A stretch of DNA of 64,000 nucleotides from a virus (taxonomy: Duplodnaviria > Caudoviricetes), in the IMG/VR virus record IMGVR_UViG_3300042009_000023, positions 25,357 to 89,356 of that record, one strand, 5' to 3'. A program made the position numbers and the translations under genes. Under the pieces are notes generated by a model. The model searched no databases and was not told where the DNA came from. It saw only the letters and a program-made list of their open reading frames with translations. How positions within the stretch are numbered: the first letter of the stretch is position 1; the number at the start of each line of letters is the position of its first letter. Of this stretch, positions 1-9,835 are shown in pieces.

Positions 1-675
1 AAGGGTCTCAAAGGCACTGAAAAAGCCAGATTGCTTTTTGGGAACTGGTATGTACGAGATTCTGGTAGCGGGTTCTTCAAGCGCGACTGGCTGATCCCGG
101 TGAAAATGTTTGAACAAGAGATTGTATCCCGTTGTAGGGCGTGGGATATCGCTGGCACTATGCCATCAGATGCTAACCCAAATCCTGACGCCACTTGCGG
201 AGTTTTAATTGCTAAGACTAAACAAGGGCAATACATCATTGAAGATGTTATAAAATTTAGGGCTCGGTATGGTGAGGTTATGAAGACTATCATCAAGACA
301 GCTCAGACAGATCCAGAAGAGACTCAGATTATACTACCTCAAGAGCCCGGTCAAGCCGGAATTGCAGCCGGTAAGATGATGATCAAAGAGTTGATTGAGG
401 AAGGTTTTAGCGCCCGCATGAGACCAACTAACAAATCTAAGGTGGTTCGTTTTCAGCCTTTTGCTGCTGCTGCTGAAGCTGGTCTTGTTTCTTATGTTGA
501 AGGTCCGTGGAACGAAGCTTATTTCCATGAGCTAGAGGCTTTTGATGGTAGTCGTAATGTAAAAGATGACCAAGTGGATAGTACTTCGGACTCTTTCATA
601 ACCTTAGCCCAGAAACTCAATATCCCTCTATTCTCCATGCCCAGCATGACAAAATCCAACGAATTCAGCTTTTAA
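1..675 (+). CDS. terL: Terminase large subunit, C-terminal RNase H-like nuclease domain (5' truncated by the window edge)
   Basis: The frame is open from base 1 (KGLKGTEKARLLFGNWY). Motifs AWDIAGT, PQEPGQAG, K..R and HDD-like DDQVDSTS are typical of Terminase_6C. It lies directly upstream of the portal. Confidence 0.93.
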   Translation, partial: KGLKGTEKARLLFGNWYVRDSGSGFFKRDWLIPVKMFEQEIVSRCRAWDIAGTMPSDANPNPDATCGVLIAKTKQGQYIIEDVIKFRARYGEVMKTIIKTAQTDPEETQIILPQEPGQAGIAAGKMMIKELIEEGFSARMRPTNKSKVVRFQPFAAAAEAGLVSYVEGPWNEAYFHELEAFDGSRNVKDDQVDSTSDSFITLAQKLNIPLFSMPSMTKSNEFSF

Positions 676-698
676 ACAATTAAGCCTTAAGGAATAAC

Positions 699-2174
699 AT
701 GGCAGAAAATGACAATTTAAATCTCTCTGCCGGTGATAACCCTGCCTTAAGAATTAAGATGGGAGAAACTGGCTGGGTTGGTTTGCGTGAGTTCGATGGC
801 ATCATTCTTGAAGAGATGCGAAAGGATTTGCAATGGCCTCGTGCCAACCGCACCTACCAAGAAATGGGCGAAGATGCAACAATTGCTTCTGCTCTCTCCT
901 TGTTCTCTATGATGATTAGCCGAGTTAAATGGAAAGTAGTTCCTCCAGTTGATGCTACTGAAGATGACCTAAAGAAAGTTAAGTTCCTCGAACAATGTAT
1001 GGATGATATGGATCATAGTTGGTTCTCCTTTATTAAGGAAGTGACCAGTATGTTCACATACGGATATGCGATTCAAGAAAAGATTTATCGTCGTCGTCGT
1101 CCAAGTACAGGAAGTCGCTTTGATGATGGCTTGGTTGGTATTGCTAAACTAGCCACTCGCTCTCAGACCACTATTTATCGTTGGTTGTTTGATGATTCTG
1201 GTCGTAACCTTAATGGTGTTGTACAGGATACAAGCTTCCTAGTTGATGGTTATCGCTTAGCCAACAGTAAAGAGTACGGTGGACAGATTGACATTGAACG
1301 TAAGAAGTTTCTTCTTTTCCGAACAGATGTTAGTCGAGATAACCCACAAGGTCGCTCCCCTCTAAGTAAAGTTTATAAAGCATGGCGCTATCGTAAGCAG
1401 ATTGAAGAATCAGAAGCTGTTGGTATCACTCGTGGTTTGGGCGGTATCCCTCGTTTTGATATTCCTGCTGACTACCTTAAGTCTGATGCTACAGCAGATC
1501 AACTTGCAACTGTAGAAGCCTTTAAGAATATTGGTCGTAACCTTCAAAACAACGAACAAGCTTGCATCATCATGCCTAAGTTTTATGATGATCAAAACAA
1601 TAGCTTGTTTGACTTTGAATTGATTGGCCCACCTAACGCCTCCCAATACGATACTGATAAAGCAATCACTCGTTGGGATAACAAGATTCTTCAAGCATTG
1701 TTTGCCGATATCTTGCAGATGGGCAACTCTAAAGGTGGCTCTTTCAACCTTGCAGACTCTAAGTCCTCTATTGTACATATGGCAGTTGAAAGTTATCTGA
1801 AAGAGATTCAAGACCCTCTTAACAATGATCTTATCCCACAACTGTTTTTGCTAAATGGCTGGTCGTTAGATCGTCTTCCTAAGTTTGAATATGATCAGAT
1901 TAAAGAAGAAGATTTGGATGTTCTTTCTAAGTACTTACAACGCGCTGCATCGGTTGGTTTGATTGCGGTTACTCCTGAAAACATTAACCAAGTTGCTGAT
2001 TGGGTTGGCTTGCCTACACGTCACGATTCTGGAATGGATACTGAGGAACTTCGTACTAAGCTAACTGGATATGAATCTGGCGCTGCTGAAGGAATGACCT
2101 CAGCAGGTGAAGGGACAAGTAAAAGCCCAATGGGATCAGACGATGCTTCAGTAGGGAATTCGGAGAATACATGA
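699..2174 (+). CDS. Portal protein
   Basis: 491 aa after terL. Motifs DNPQGRSPL, W...E..E..G, GGIP and GGSFNLADSK resemble DUF935/Mu gp29-like portals. Confidence 0.88.
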   Translation: MAENDNLNLSAGDNPALRIKMGETGWVGLREFDGIILEEMRKDLQWPRANRTYQEMGEDATIASALSLFSMMISRVKWKVVPPVDATEDDLKKVKFLEQCMDDMDHSWFSFIKEVTSMFTYGYAIQEKIYRRRRPSTGSRFDDGLVGIAKLATRSQTTIYRWLFDDSGRNLNGVVQDTSFLVDGYRLANSKEYGGQIDIERKKFLLFRTDVSRDNPQGRSPLSKVYKAWRYRKQIEESEAVGITRGLGGIPRFDIPADYLKSDATADQLATVEAFKNIGRNLQNNEQACIIMPKFYDDQNNSLFDFELIGPPNASQYDTDKAITRWDNKILQALFADILQMGNSKGGSFNLADSKSSIVHMAVESYLKEIQDPLNNDLIPQLFLLNGWSLDRLPKFEYDQIKEEDLDVLSKYLQRAASVGLIAVTPENINQVADWVGLPTRHDSGMDTEELRTKLTGYESGAAEGMTSAGEGTSKSPMGSDDASVGNSENT

Positions 2175-2680
2175 GTATTGAAACAGAAGAAGTTAAGAAA
2201 AGTATTCTTGAAGGGTTCTCTGAATTCATTGAGAAATACTTTGGAGCCACTACTGATAGTGCTCCTGTAGTTGAAGAACTAGATGAAGAGATGGTGTCCT
2301 ACGAAGTTGTCTATGAGCCTCTGATTAAAGATGCTCATGGGGAATGGATGTCTGAATCTACTATAGCTGAAGCTTGTGATAACTTCAATCAGAACCTTGA
2401 GAAAGGGGTTGTTACTCCTAACCTTTTCCACATGGAAGAAACCGATGCATTCACCATTGAGTCCACTTGGGTTCAAAAGGAATTGGATGTAAAAGTTATT
2501 CAAACTGGTGAAGTTATTAAGGCTGGCACTTGGGTCGCTAAGATTAAATACCACAGTGAGGATCTTTGGAACCTCAAGAAATCTGGTGTTATTGGTGGCG
2601 TTTCCATTGGTGGACGTGGGGTTATTAACCAAAAGACTGGTGAAATTACTAACGTCACCTTTGATGGAGAAGACAATTGA
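2171..2680 (+). CDS. Prohead protease (XkdF-like)
   Basis: YEP...DAHGEW, NLFH, ESTW, GTW and GVSIGG motifs of the XkdF-type serine protease. It follows the portal. Confidence 0.8.
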   Translation: MSIETEEVKKSILEGFSEFIEKYFGATTDSAPVVEELDEEMVSYEVVYEPLIKDAHGEWMSESTIAEACDNFNQNLEKGVVTPNLFHMEETDAFTIESTWVQKELDVKVIQTGEVIKAGTWVAKIKYHSEDLWNLKKSGVIGGVSIGGRGVINQKTGEITNVTFDGEDN

Positions 2681-3600
2681 CAGACACTAAAAAGAAAAAG
2701 CCCCATCTTGCTTTGACACACAAAGCTTTGCAAGGTGGTAGTGCTAATGGACGTAATGTATCTCTACTCATGAAAAGTGATGTTGAGATTACCGAAGAAA
2801 TTACCAAGTCTCTTGAAGCTCTTGGGATTAATAAATCAATGTTCGCATCCAAAGTTAATGAATTGCTGAATGGTGCAATTCGTGAAGCATATGGTGATGA
2901 TGATCATTGGCTTTATGTAGAAGATTATGATGATTCTATTGTTCTCTTCTGTAAAGAGGAAGGTTTGTTCTCTGTAACCTATTCTCTCGTAGATGGACAA
3001 GTTACCCTAAGTGACTTAGCCAAACCTGTTTCACGGGTAATTACTTATGAACCTGTGACTGGGGATATGCTTCTGTCTGAAGACGCGGAAGATAAACTAG
3101 AAGAAGGAATCTATAGCCTTGTAACTAAAGCCCTTCAAAATAAATCCACAAAAGAACATCTTGTTGAGATGTTTAAAGCACAAGAACTTAAAAAGTCTGA
3201 GGTAGAAATTTTGGAACAAGAAATTAAGAAAGCAGTTGATGCTGCTGAAGCAATTCTCAAAGCCCAGCTTGTAGAAAAAGAAGCTGACCTGACTAAAGCA
3301 CTTGAAGAAGTTGCTGTATTCAAAGCTGAGAAACTTGAAGTAGTTGCTAAAGCTCGTAAAGAGAAACTGGCTGCTCTTGGTAGTGATGAAGAAGCTGAAG
3401 CTCTGTACAAAGCAACTGAGTCGCTAGCTGATGAAGCATTTGAAGTAATGCTGAAAGCTCTGGGTGCTAAATCCAAAGTAGAGAAAGAATCCGATCTCTT
3501 CAAAGAGAAAGGCGTAAGCGGTGAAGGTGAACCGAAGAAACAAGAAGAAGCTGGTCTGAATCTTGTTGGTGAACTTATTAACAAAAGTAAAAAACAATAA
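2677..3600 (+). CDS. Capsid scaffolding/assembly protein
   Basis: N-terminal HLAL...ANG motif and a long Ala/Glu/Lys coiled-coil C-terminus. Lies between protease and capsid genes. Confidence 0.7.
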   Translation: MTDTKKKKPHLALTHKALQGGSANGRNVSLLMKSDVEITEEITKSLEALGINKSMFASKVNELLNGAIREAYGDDDHWLYVEDYDDSIVLFCKEEGLFSVTYSLVDGQVTLSDLAKPVSRVITYEPVTGDMLLSEDAEDKLEEGIYSLVTKALQNKSTKEHLVEMFKAQELKKSEVEILEQEIKKAVDAAEAILKAQLVEKEADLTKALEEVAVFKAEKLEVVAKARKEKLAALGSDEEAEALYKATESLADEAFEVMLKALGAKSKVEKESDLFKEKGVSGEGEPKKQEEAGLNLVGELINKSKKQ

Positions 3601-3642
3601 TATTGTTTATCAATAAAATCCTAGCTAGGAGTTTCAAATAAT

Positions 3643-4041
3643 ATGGCTGCAATTGACACTCGCTCTACTCGCCTCGGCGCTGTACTGCAATATGAAGAAC
3701 ATCCAGAATACGGCTACTGCCGCAAGGTTGTTACCGTTACCGAAGCTTCGGAAGTTGTGTATGAAATCGGTCGCGTAATTGGCGATGATCTCGACACCTT
3801 CCAAGATACTGATAACTTTGTTGGTATTTACATCGGTAGCCCTACTGGCGACAACAAGCAAACTATCGCTGCTGCAACCGCAACTGATGTAGTTGTTCTG
3901 TTCCGTGGCCCGGCTGGTGTAGGTAAAGCAAATCTGGTCTTTGGTTCAACTGTAAACGACGCACCAAAGCTTGCTACTGCACATGCTGCAATCGAAGCTG
4001 CTGGTATTCAGCTGATTGACCAACCTGAACAATTCGCGTAA
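3643..4041 (+). CDS. Head decoration (cement) protein
   Basis: 132 aa with VLFRGPAGV motif, highly biased codons, immediately before the major capsid gene. Confidence 0.75.
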   Translation: MAAIDTRSTRLGAVLQYEEHPEYGYCRKVVTVTEASEVVYEIGRVIGDDLDTFQDTDNFVGIYIGSPTGDNKQTIAAATATDVVVLFRGPAGVGKANLVFGSTVNDAPKLATAHAAIEAAGIQLIDQPEQFA

Positions 4042-4054
4042 GGAATAATAAATA

Positions 4055-5098
4055 ATGGCAACTGTTCGCAGCTATGGTAATGGCTTTCAACTTACCGAAT
4101 GGACCGAAGAAATCAACAACATCGACAATCAAGCTGGTTTGATTGGCGGTATGAATCTGTTCCGTACTCAGGGTACTTCGCAAACTGCTATTGTCTTTGA
4201 CAAGAGCATGAACGACACCACTCTGCTCCCACAAGTATCCCGTCGCAGCCGTGAGACCACTAAAGGCAATGACCGTCAAGTAGAGACTTTCTCTCTGCCT
4301 TTGGCTTACTTCAAGCACAGCGACTACATCACCCCTGAAGATATTCAAGGCTGGCGTATGCCGGGCACCCCAGACGCTCCTGAGCAACTGGCCCGTGTTC
4401 GTGTACAAAAACTCACCGACATGAAAGCCCAAGTAGAGCAATCGCTTGAGTACATGAAGCTTCAAGCAGCTAAAGGGATCATGAAGACCCCAGACGGTGC
4501 TGTAATTGCCAACATGTTCACCGAGTTTGGTGTTACTCAGGAAGTGATTGACTTTGATCTTGGTGATGCAACTACCGATATCAACGCTAAAATCTCCCAA
4601 CTGAAGCGCTTTCTGCAAACCAACCTGAAAACTGGTTCCGCTATTGGTGGTGGTATTCGTGTTGTTGTAGATGGTAGCTTCTTCGACAAACTGGTTAGTC
4701 ACCCACAGATTCGCCAAGCCTATCTGTACTACTCTTCGCAAGTAGAGATTAACCGTAACAGCACCAACCAGTTCATGGCTTGGGGCTCTGTTGATCAGTT
4801 CACCTACAAAGGTGTTACTTTCATCACTTACGATCACATCTTTAAACTGCCTAACGATACCACCGAAGTAGCCGTTGCTGCTGACACTGGCCACGTGATC
4901 CCAGTTGTGAATGATCTGTTCCGTGGTTACTACGGCCCAAGCAACAAGCTTGGTGGTGCAAACAGCGTAGGTCGTGAAATGTTCGCCTATGAGTTCACCG
5001 ATCCTAAAGACGAGTTCCACGAAATGCAAGTTGAGACTTCTCCTCTGTACTTCGTAACTCAGCCACAAGTACTGGTGAAATTGATTTCTTCGACTTAA
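4055..5098 (+). CDS. Major capsid protein (lambda E-like, HK97 fold)
   Basis: 347 aa with strong high-expression codon bias. Motifs EYMKLQAAKG, NMFTEFG and VETSPL..VTQP are typical of Phage_cap_E. A terminator follows. Confidence 0.9.
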   Translation: MATVRSYGNGFQLTEWTEEINNIDNQAGLIGGMNLFRTQGTSQTAIVFDKSMNDTTLLPQVSRRSRETTKGNDRQVETFSLPLAYFKHSDYITPEDIQGWRMPGTPDAPEQLARVRVQKLTDMKAQVEQSLEYMKLQAAKGIMKTPDGAVIANMFTEFGVTQEVIDFDLGDATTDINAKISQLKRFLQTNLKTGSAIGGGIRVVVDGSFFDKLVSHPQIRQAYLYYSSQVEINRNSTNQFMAWGSVDQFTYKGVTFITYDHIFKLPNDTTEVAVAADTGHVIPVVNDLFRGYYGPSNKLGGANSVGREMFAYEFTDPKDEFHEMQVETSPLYFVTQPQVLVKLISST

Positions 5099-5110
5099 TA
5101 GTCAATAGAA

Positions 5111-5130
5111 AGGGGTTCTGAAAGGAACCC
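5111..5130 (+). terminator. Hairpin terminator after the capsid gene
   Basis: GGGGTTC-TGAAAG-GAACCCC inverted repeat directly after the MCP stop. Confidence 0.65.
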
Positions 5131-5159
5131 CATACAATTTTACAGATTAGGAGTATAAA

Positions 5160-5504
5160 ATGGCTATTACAAAAACAAGTATCCAAGAGCGTGCTTGGGG
5201 CGATGTGTTTGACGTTATTGATCGTGTAGCAACAGAAATTGATGCAGGTGGTGCTTCGGTACAAGCTGCTGATATTACTGACTCTACTGCTATTGGTCGC
5301 ACTGTTCTTACCGCTGCTGATGCAAGTGCTGTACGTACCGCTATTGGTACTGTTGCTGCAACTACCGCAGTAGCTGGTATTGTAAAGCAAATTACTTTCA
5401 CTGCCCAACAGACCCCAGATTTTGCGGATTTGGCAGCAGTTACTGTAGCTTACAATGCTTTGCTTACCAAGTTCATCACTGCTGGCTTGATGCCCGCTGC
5501 TTAA
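5160..5504 (+). CDS. Head fiber-like protein
   Basis: DITDSTAIGRTVLTAADASAVRTAIG repeat unit and C-terminal NALLTKFITAGLM, as in phage head fiber proteins. Confidence 0.65.
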   Translation: MAITKTSIQERAWGDVFDVIDRVATEIDAGGASVQAADITDSTAIGRTVLTAADASAVRTAIGTVAATTAVAGIVKQITFTAQQTPDFADLAAVTVAYNALLTKFITAGLMPAA

Positions 5505-5550
5505 AATTAGGGCAGCTTGTCTGCCCTCCTTTACTTTATAAGGAGGCTGC

Positions 5551-6051
5551 ATGGCGCTTACGCCCGTAGAAACTGTAAAGATTATCGTTGGTGACGTAGT
5601 GGGCAACCCTCTCTATCCAATTCTTGACGATGATACTTATGACTATCTATTAGAAACAACTAATGGTGATATTTGGCAAGCTGCAATCAAAGCTGCGATT
5701 ATCATTTCATTACGAATTGCAAGTTACCCTACTCGTGAAAAGGCGGGGAATTATGAAGTATGGAACACTTACTCAACTTCGTATCTAGCAGCACTTACAA
5801 ACATCATCAAGACTCCAGCAAGTCTTCTCTCTACCAAGATTATCCCATATGCGGGTGGTATTAGTAAGCAAGACATGTTCTTGAATGATAGCAACCAAGA
5901 CAACAACATCCAGACCATCTATCAAGGATTTGATAAAGGTCAAAAACCTTATAATCATGGTAACTCCACAAGAGACGCCTCCACCTTCTTCGGCATTGAC
6001 TCAGCTATACAGTTTGTAGGTTGGGACTTGGATGAGTTTGAAGATGTTTAA
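5551..6051 (+). CDS. Head-tail adaptor
   Basis: Position after the capsid genes; VKIIVGD...ILDDDTY and PYAGGISK motifs. Confidence 0.6.
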   Translation: MALTPVETVKIIVGDVVGNPLYPILDDDTYDYLLETTNGDIWQAAIKAAIIISLRIASYPTREKAGNYEVWNTYSTSYLAALTNIIKTPASLLSTKIIPYAGGISKQDMFLNDSNQDNNIQTIYQGFDKGQKPYNHGNSTRDASTFFGIDSAIQFVGWDLDEFEDV

Positions 6052-6523
6052 GCTTAAGGTTGATAAGTCAGCTTGGGTTAAAATGAAGAGGGATCTTCTC
6101 AAGGGAAACCAAGAAGAGCTTAGAGTGGGTATTGTTGAACCAACATATTATGGTTCTGATAATGACAACCTCTCTGTAGCTCAGGTTTGGCAGTGGAACG
6201 AGGAAGGTCAACCAGCTAATAACATTCCCACTCGACCTGCTATCAGGGTTGGTTTTATGGCTCCAATTAAAAAAGGACTTTACGACTCTTATTTTGTTGA
6301 AAGTATTCAGCGAATTGCTGAGGGGAAAAGCACCTTCAAACAAGAGTACACGAGACTTGGTGCCATTGCTAAGGTTGACTTGAAAGAGGCTGTTGAGCAG
6401 TGGGATTCCCCACGAAATGCTCCAATGACGGTTGAACTTAAGGGCTTTGACAACCCACTGATTGATACAGGTCTTCTGTATGATTCCATTGACTTTAAAG
6501 TAGAAAAGAAAGGAGCTAACTAA
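6032..6523 (+). CDS. Neck/tail completion protein (Mu gpG-like)
   Basis: LRVG, WNEEG...IPTRP, NAPMT...KGFDNPLIDTG motifs. Confidence 0.75.
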   Translation: MSLKMFKLKVDKSAWVKMKRDLLKGNQEELRVGIVEPTYYGSDNDNLSVAQVWQWNEEGQPANNIPTRPAIRVGFMAPIKKGLYDSYFVESIQRIAEGKSTFKQEYTRLGAIAKVDLKEAVEQWDSPRNAPMTVELKGFDNPLIDTGLLYDSIDFKVEKKGAN

Positions 6524-6891
6524 TGTCTATTGCACAATTCTCGTTAGTTAAGAAAGTTCCTGTAACTATCCTACGTCATGCAGCAGGTTCGTATGTAGAA
6601 GGTGAATGGACAGAGGGTGCCGAAACATCTGTGGGCATCCAAGCTAACGTCCAACCCTTCTCCGACTATCAAGTAAGTATTATGCCTGAATCTGACAGAA
6701 CTAAAAGCTGGGTGTGGTTGTTCACATCGTCAGAAGTTCGTCAGAAGAAAGAGGGAACTAGTGGATACGGCGGCGATAGATTTGTGTGGGAAGGTGATTT
6801 GTACGAAGTCATGAAAGTCCAAACCTACACCATGACTGTCCAAGATCACAGAGAATGCAAATGTGCTCGTATAGAATTAACCCCAAACTAA
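6523..6891 (+). CDS. Head closure protein
   Basis: GSYVEGEW...ANVQP and DRFVWEGDLYEV motifs; synteny. Confidence 0.65.
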   Translation: MSIAQFSLVKKVPVTILRHAAGSYVEGEWTEGAETSVGIQANVQPFSDYQVSIMPESDRTKSWVWLFTSSEVRQKKEGTSGYGGDRFVWEGDLYEVMKVQTYTMTVQDHRECKCARIELTPN

Positions 6892-6907
6892 GGAGTACAT
6901 TAAGCCT

Positions 6908-7447
6908 ATGTCAGTGTACTCAGATGTAAGGGCTGGTATCCGTAAAGGTGCCTTAGCAGCCCTTTCAGAATTTACAGATCCTATCGTGATTTTCAGTCAT
7001 AATAATGGCACAGAACCTGCTGAGAGTTATGTTGTTGTGAATGTTCTTAGTATTGAACAACAAGGGCATCATAGTACTTCTACTCTCTTGAATGAAACTA
7101 CTGAAACACAAACTATTCAGGCAAGCTATGAAGTGTTTGTGCAGTTTAGTTTTGTAGGAAGTCTTAGTGGAGATATGTCCCAAAGCTTTACTCAAAGAAT
7201 TAATAACAACTGCTTTGTCTTTGAAGAGCTTGGGAGAAACAAACTAGGAGTTATGAGGAAGAGTCAGATTCGTCGGGCTCCTCAGAAAAGAGACACTCAG
7301 TGGGTTGAGTATCACAACATGGACGCTTATTTCTCATACACAGTAGTTACAACACAAGAAATAGATTTGATTGAGGCCGTTATCGTTGAGAATCAAACTG
7401 AGCCGAGTGTCTTTAGAGTTCCAGAAGGTCCAATCCCTGAGTATTAA
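6908..7447 (+). CDS. Tail terminator/neck protein
   Basis: 179 aa directly before the sheath gene; synteny. Confidence 0.55.
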   Translation: MSVYSDVRAGIRKGALAALSEFTDPIVIFSHNNGTEPAESYVVVNVLSIEQQGHHSTSTLLNETTETQTIQASYEVFVQFSFVGSLSGDMSQSFTQRINNNCFVFEELGRNKLGVMRKSQIRRAPQKRDTQWVEYHNMDAYFSYTVVTTQEIDLIEAVIVENQTEPSVFRVPEGPIPEY

Positions 7448-7533
7448 GTAACAGAAGGCATTCGTATGCCGCAATATAAATAAAGTCTAATTAAGGATTA
7501 ACGAATGTCTTTTCAAACAAGTGAGGTAGCCGC

Positions 7534-8820
7534 ATGAGCGAGCTTGACCAAATAATTTCTATCACGCTGACCCGTGAATCAACTCCAGTTGCTGTTGCGA
7601 GTTTCCAGATTCCTCTGGTCCTTGCAGCCTTCACTAATTTCTCAGAACGTACTCGCACCTATACAGATTTTAGTGCAGTGACTGACGATTTCAATTCTGG
7701 TAGTTCAGTTTATACAATTGCCCAAAAGCTGTTTGGTCAGTCCACTGTTGGTGCTGTTCCTCCAAGCATTGTGGTTGGTCGTCGTCAAGTAGACGAAGTA
7801 ACACTCACCCCGGTTGTGGCAAACAGCACAGCGTACAATGTAACAATTGACGGTGTACTCTACACCTATACCTCTGACGCAAGCGCTACAGCAGCAGAGA
7901 TTACTGCCGGTTTGGATACTGCAATTGGTAGCCCAACAGGCATCACTGTTACGGATAACACCGGTACACTGACTGTAGAAGTTACCACTCCCGGCACTGC
8001 TTGGAGCATCTTGGTTTCCTCCAATCTTACTCAAGTGAATACTGCACCAACTGAAACTTGGGCAGACGCTCTTGATGCAGTCAGCGATGACAATGATGTT
8101 TGGTATGCTCTGGTTGCAGAAACCCATACCTCTGCTGATGTGCAAGCACTGAGTGCAGCTATCCAAGCACGTCGTAAGATCTTTGGCACTTCTAGTCAAG
8201 ACACTGTTGTTCCTACAACTGGCACCACTGATATTGCGTACATTCTGGACTCGATCAGTGCTGGCCGTACTTATGGTGTTTACCTTCCTACAGCAGATGC
8301 TGAATATCCAGAAGCTGTTTGGATGGGTAGTCAACTTGCATACACTCCGGGTTCCAATGACTGGGACTTCAAACGTGGTGTTGGTGCAACTGTAAGTAAG
8401 CTTAATGATACTGCTCGTGTAAATCTTCGTGCCAAAAACATGAATATGTACACCACTGTCGGCGGTGTGAACGTATTCCAAGACGGCAATATGTTTGATG
8501 GTACTCCGATTGACCAAGTGATTGTAGAAGACTGGCTTTATGCACGACTTCAGGAACAAATTTATTTCCGTCTAGTTAACACTTTGAAAGTACCAATGAC
8601 TAATGCTGGTTTGGTTATCATTGAAAACGAAATTCGTTCCGTACTCTCTCAAGCTGAAGCTAATGGTGCAATTGACCGGGGCTGGAGCGTTACAGTTCCT
8701 GATGTATTGGATATCCCAGTTACCCTTCGCGCTCTCCGTACTGCTGGTGTATTCCAGTTCCGTGTACGTTTGGCAGGAAGTATCCGCAAAGTTATCATCA
8801 ACGGGTTCTTAGCTGTGTAG
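7534..8820 (+). CDS. Contractile tail sheath protein (DUF3383-like)
   Basis: 428 aa with PGSNDWDFK, NMYTTVGG, IDQVIVEDWL and RLAGSIRKV motifs. Confidence 0.88.
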   Translation: MSELDQIISITLTRESTPVAVASFQIPLVLAAFTNFSERTRTYTDFSAVTDDFNSGSSVYTIAQKLFGQSTVGAVPPSIVVGRRQVDEVTLTPVVANSTAYNVTIDGVLYTYTSDASATAAEITAGLDTAIGSPTGITVTDNTGTLTVEVTTPGTAWSILVSSNLTQVNTAPTETWADALDAVSDDNDVWYALVAETHTSADVQALSAAIQARRKIFGTSSQDTVVPTTGTTDIAYILDSISAGRTYGVYLPTADAEYPEAVWMGSQLAYTPGSNDWDFKRGVGATVSKLNDTARVNLRAKNMNMYTTVGGVNVFQDGNMFDGTPIDQVIVEDWLYARLQEQIYFRLVNTLKVPMTNAGLVIIENEIRSVLSQAEANGAIDRGWSVTVPDVLDIPVTLRALRTAGVFQFRVRLAGSIRKVIINGFLAV

Positions 8821-8843
8821 TAATAAAAGAGTCTCTTACAGTA

Positions 8844-8873
8844 TTGACAAATCAAACACCTCCGTGATAGAAT
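8844..8873 (+). promoter_or_regulatory. Sigma70-type promoter inside the late operon, before a homing endonuclease
   Basis: TTGACA-N18-TAGAAT with an extended -10 TGn. Confidence 0.65.
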
Positions 8874-8903
8874 TTACGTTCATCAATTAAAGGGGTGTTT
8901 GAA

Positions 8904-9824
8904 ATGAATATAGATTGTGAAGTATCTATTGGACAGAGATTCAATCGTTGGAAGGTTACGTCTGATATCTACTATAAGACTTTTTCTGGCGGATCTAAAG
9001 CTAAGTTCGTAGACTGCATTTGTGAGTGTGGAACTGAAAAGTCTTTAAGGTTAGGAGCTTTGACTAGCCCAACCTCTCCCAGTTTCTCCTGTGGTTGCTA
9101 CCAGCGTGAGATGACAAAACTTAAAAACACCGGCGCTCTTAATATTGGAGACACTTACGGCAGGTTGGAAGTTTTGGAAAATCTTGGGATGTTCTATGAT
9201 GAAGGTAAAGCTGCAAGAAACATGACTCTTGTTTTGTGTTCTTGTGGAGAGTCAAACCCTTTCCAAGTAAGACAACAAGCGCTAGTTTCAGGAAATACAA
9301 AGTCTTGTGGGTGTTTGCAAAAAGAAATTGTATCTGATTACGCGAAGACACACGGAATGTCCAATACGTCGGCATATGGATCTTGGCAAAAACTTCGTTA
9401 CCGTTGTGATAGTCCCAAAGATCCTAGGTGGGATCGATACGGAGGTCGTGGTATTTCTTACCCTGTGGAATGGAATACATTTCAGGCATTTTGGGAAGAT
9501 ATGTCCGAAGGTTGGTTTGAGGGTGCGGATATTGATCGTATAGATTTTGATGGTAACTACTGTAAAGAAAATTGCCGGTGGGTTAACCGAGACATTGGTA
9601 ACCATAATAAATCTAAACCTCAAGATTGTACATCCCTCTATAAAGGAGTTTATTACGACAAGGCTCGTGATAAGTGGGTGGCCCGTATTAATCGAAATAG
9701 CATTGTATACCTTCAAAAAAGATTTGAAACAGAACTAGAAGCTGCACTTGCTTATGATAATGTTTCTGAAGAGATTTATGGGGATCGTCCCAATAGTACA
9801 CTAAGGGAGCAATCCCGTAATTAA
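8904..9824 (+). CDS. HNH homing endonuclease with C-terminal AP2-like DNA-binding domain
   Basis: Repeated GQRFNRW/CICECG/SCGC units, RYGGRGI, DIDRIDFDGNYCKENCRW, and SLYKGVY...W.ARI...F.TELEAA.AY. ATG at 8904 follows an AGGGG SD. Confidence 0.88.
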   Translation: MNIDCEVSIGQRFNRWKVTSDIYYKTFSGGSKAKFVDCICECGTEKSLRLGALTSPTSPSFSCGCYQREMTKLKNTGALNIGDTYGRLEVLENLGMFYDEGKAARNMTLVLCSCGESNPFQVRQQALVSGNTKSCGCLQKEIVSDYAKTHGMSNTSAYGSWQKLRYRCDSPKDPRWDRYGGRGISYPVEWNTFQAFWEDMSEGWFEGADIDRIDFDGNYCKENCRWVNRDIGNHNKSKPQDCTSLYKGVYYDKARDKWVARINRNSIVYLQKRFETELEAALAYDNVSEEIYGDRPNSTLREQSRN

Positions 9825-9835
9825 AGGTAAATTAT

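Noticed and set aside
3974-5068. 364-aa antisense ORF spanning the major capsid gene
   Set aside because: Shadow ORF produced by the strong codon bias of the capsid gene; no SD, promoter or recognisable motifs.
5509-5527. AGGGCAG-CTTGT-CTGCCCT resembling a type I-F CRISPR repeat stem
   Set aside because: Single copy right after a stop codon with no GTTCAC or AAGAAA flanks; best explained as a terminator-like hairpin.
7475-7482. TATAAATA (T4 late promoter consensus) before the sheath gene; another copy on the minus strand at 26235-26242
   Set aside because: It does not recur before other late genes, the second copy points antisense into the lysis operon, and no gp55-like sigma factor is in the window.
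7705-8559. 284-aa antisense ORF inside the sheath gene
   Set aside because: Same shadow effect; the translation is not protein-like.
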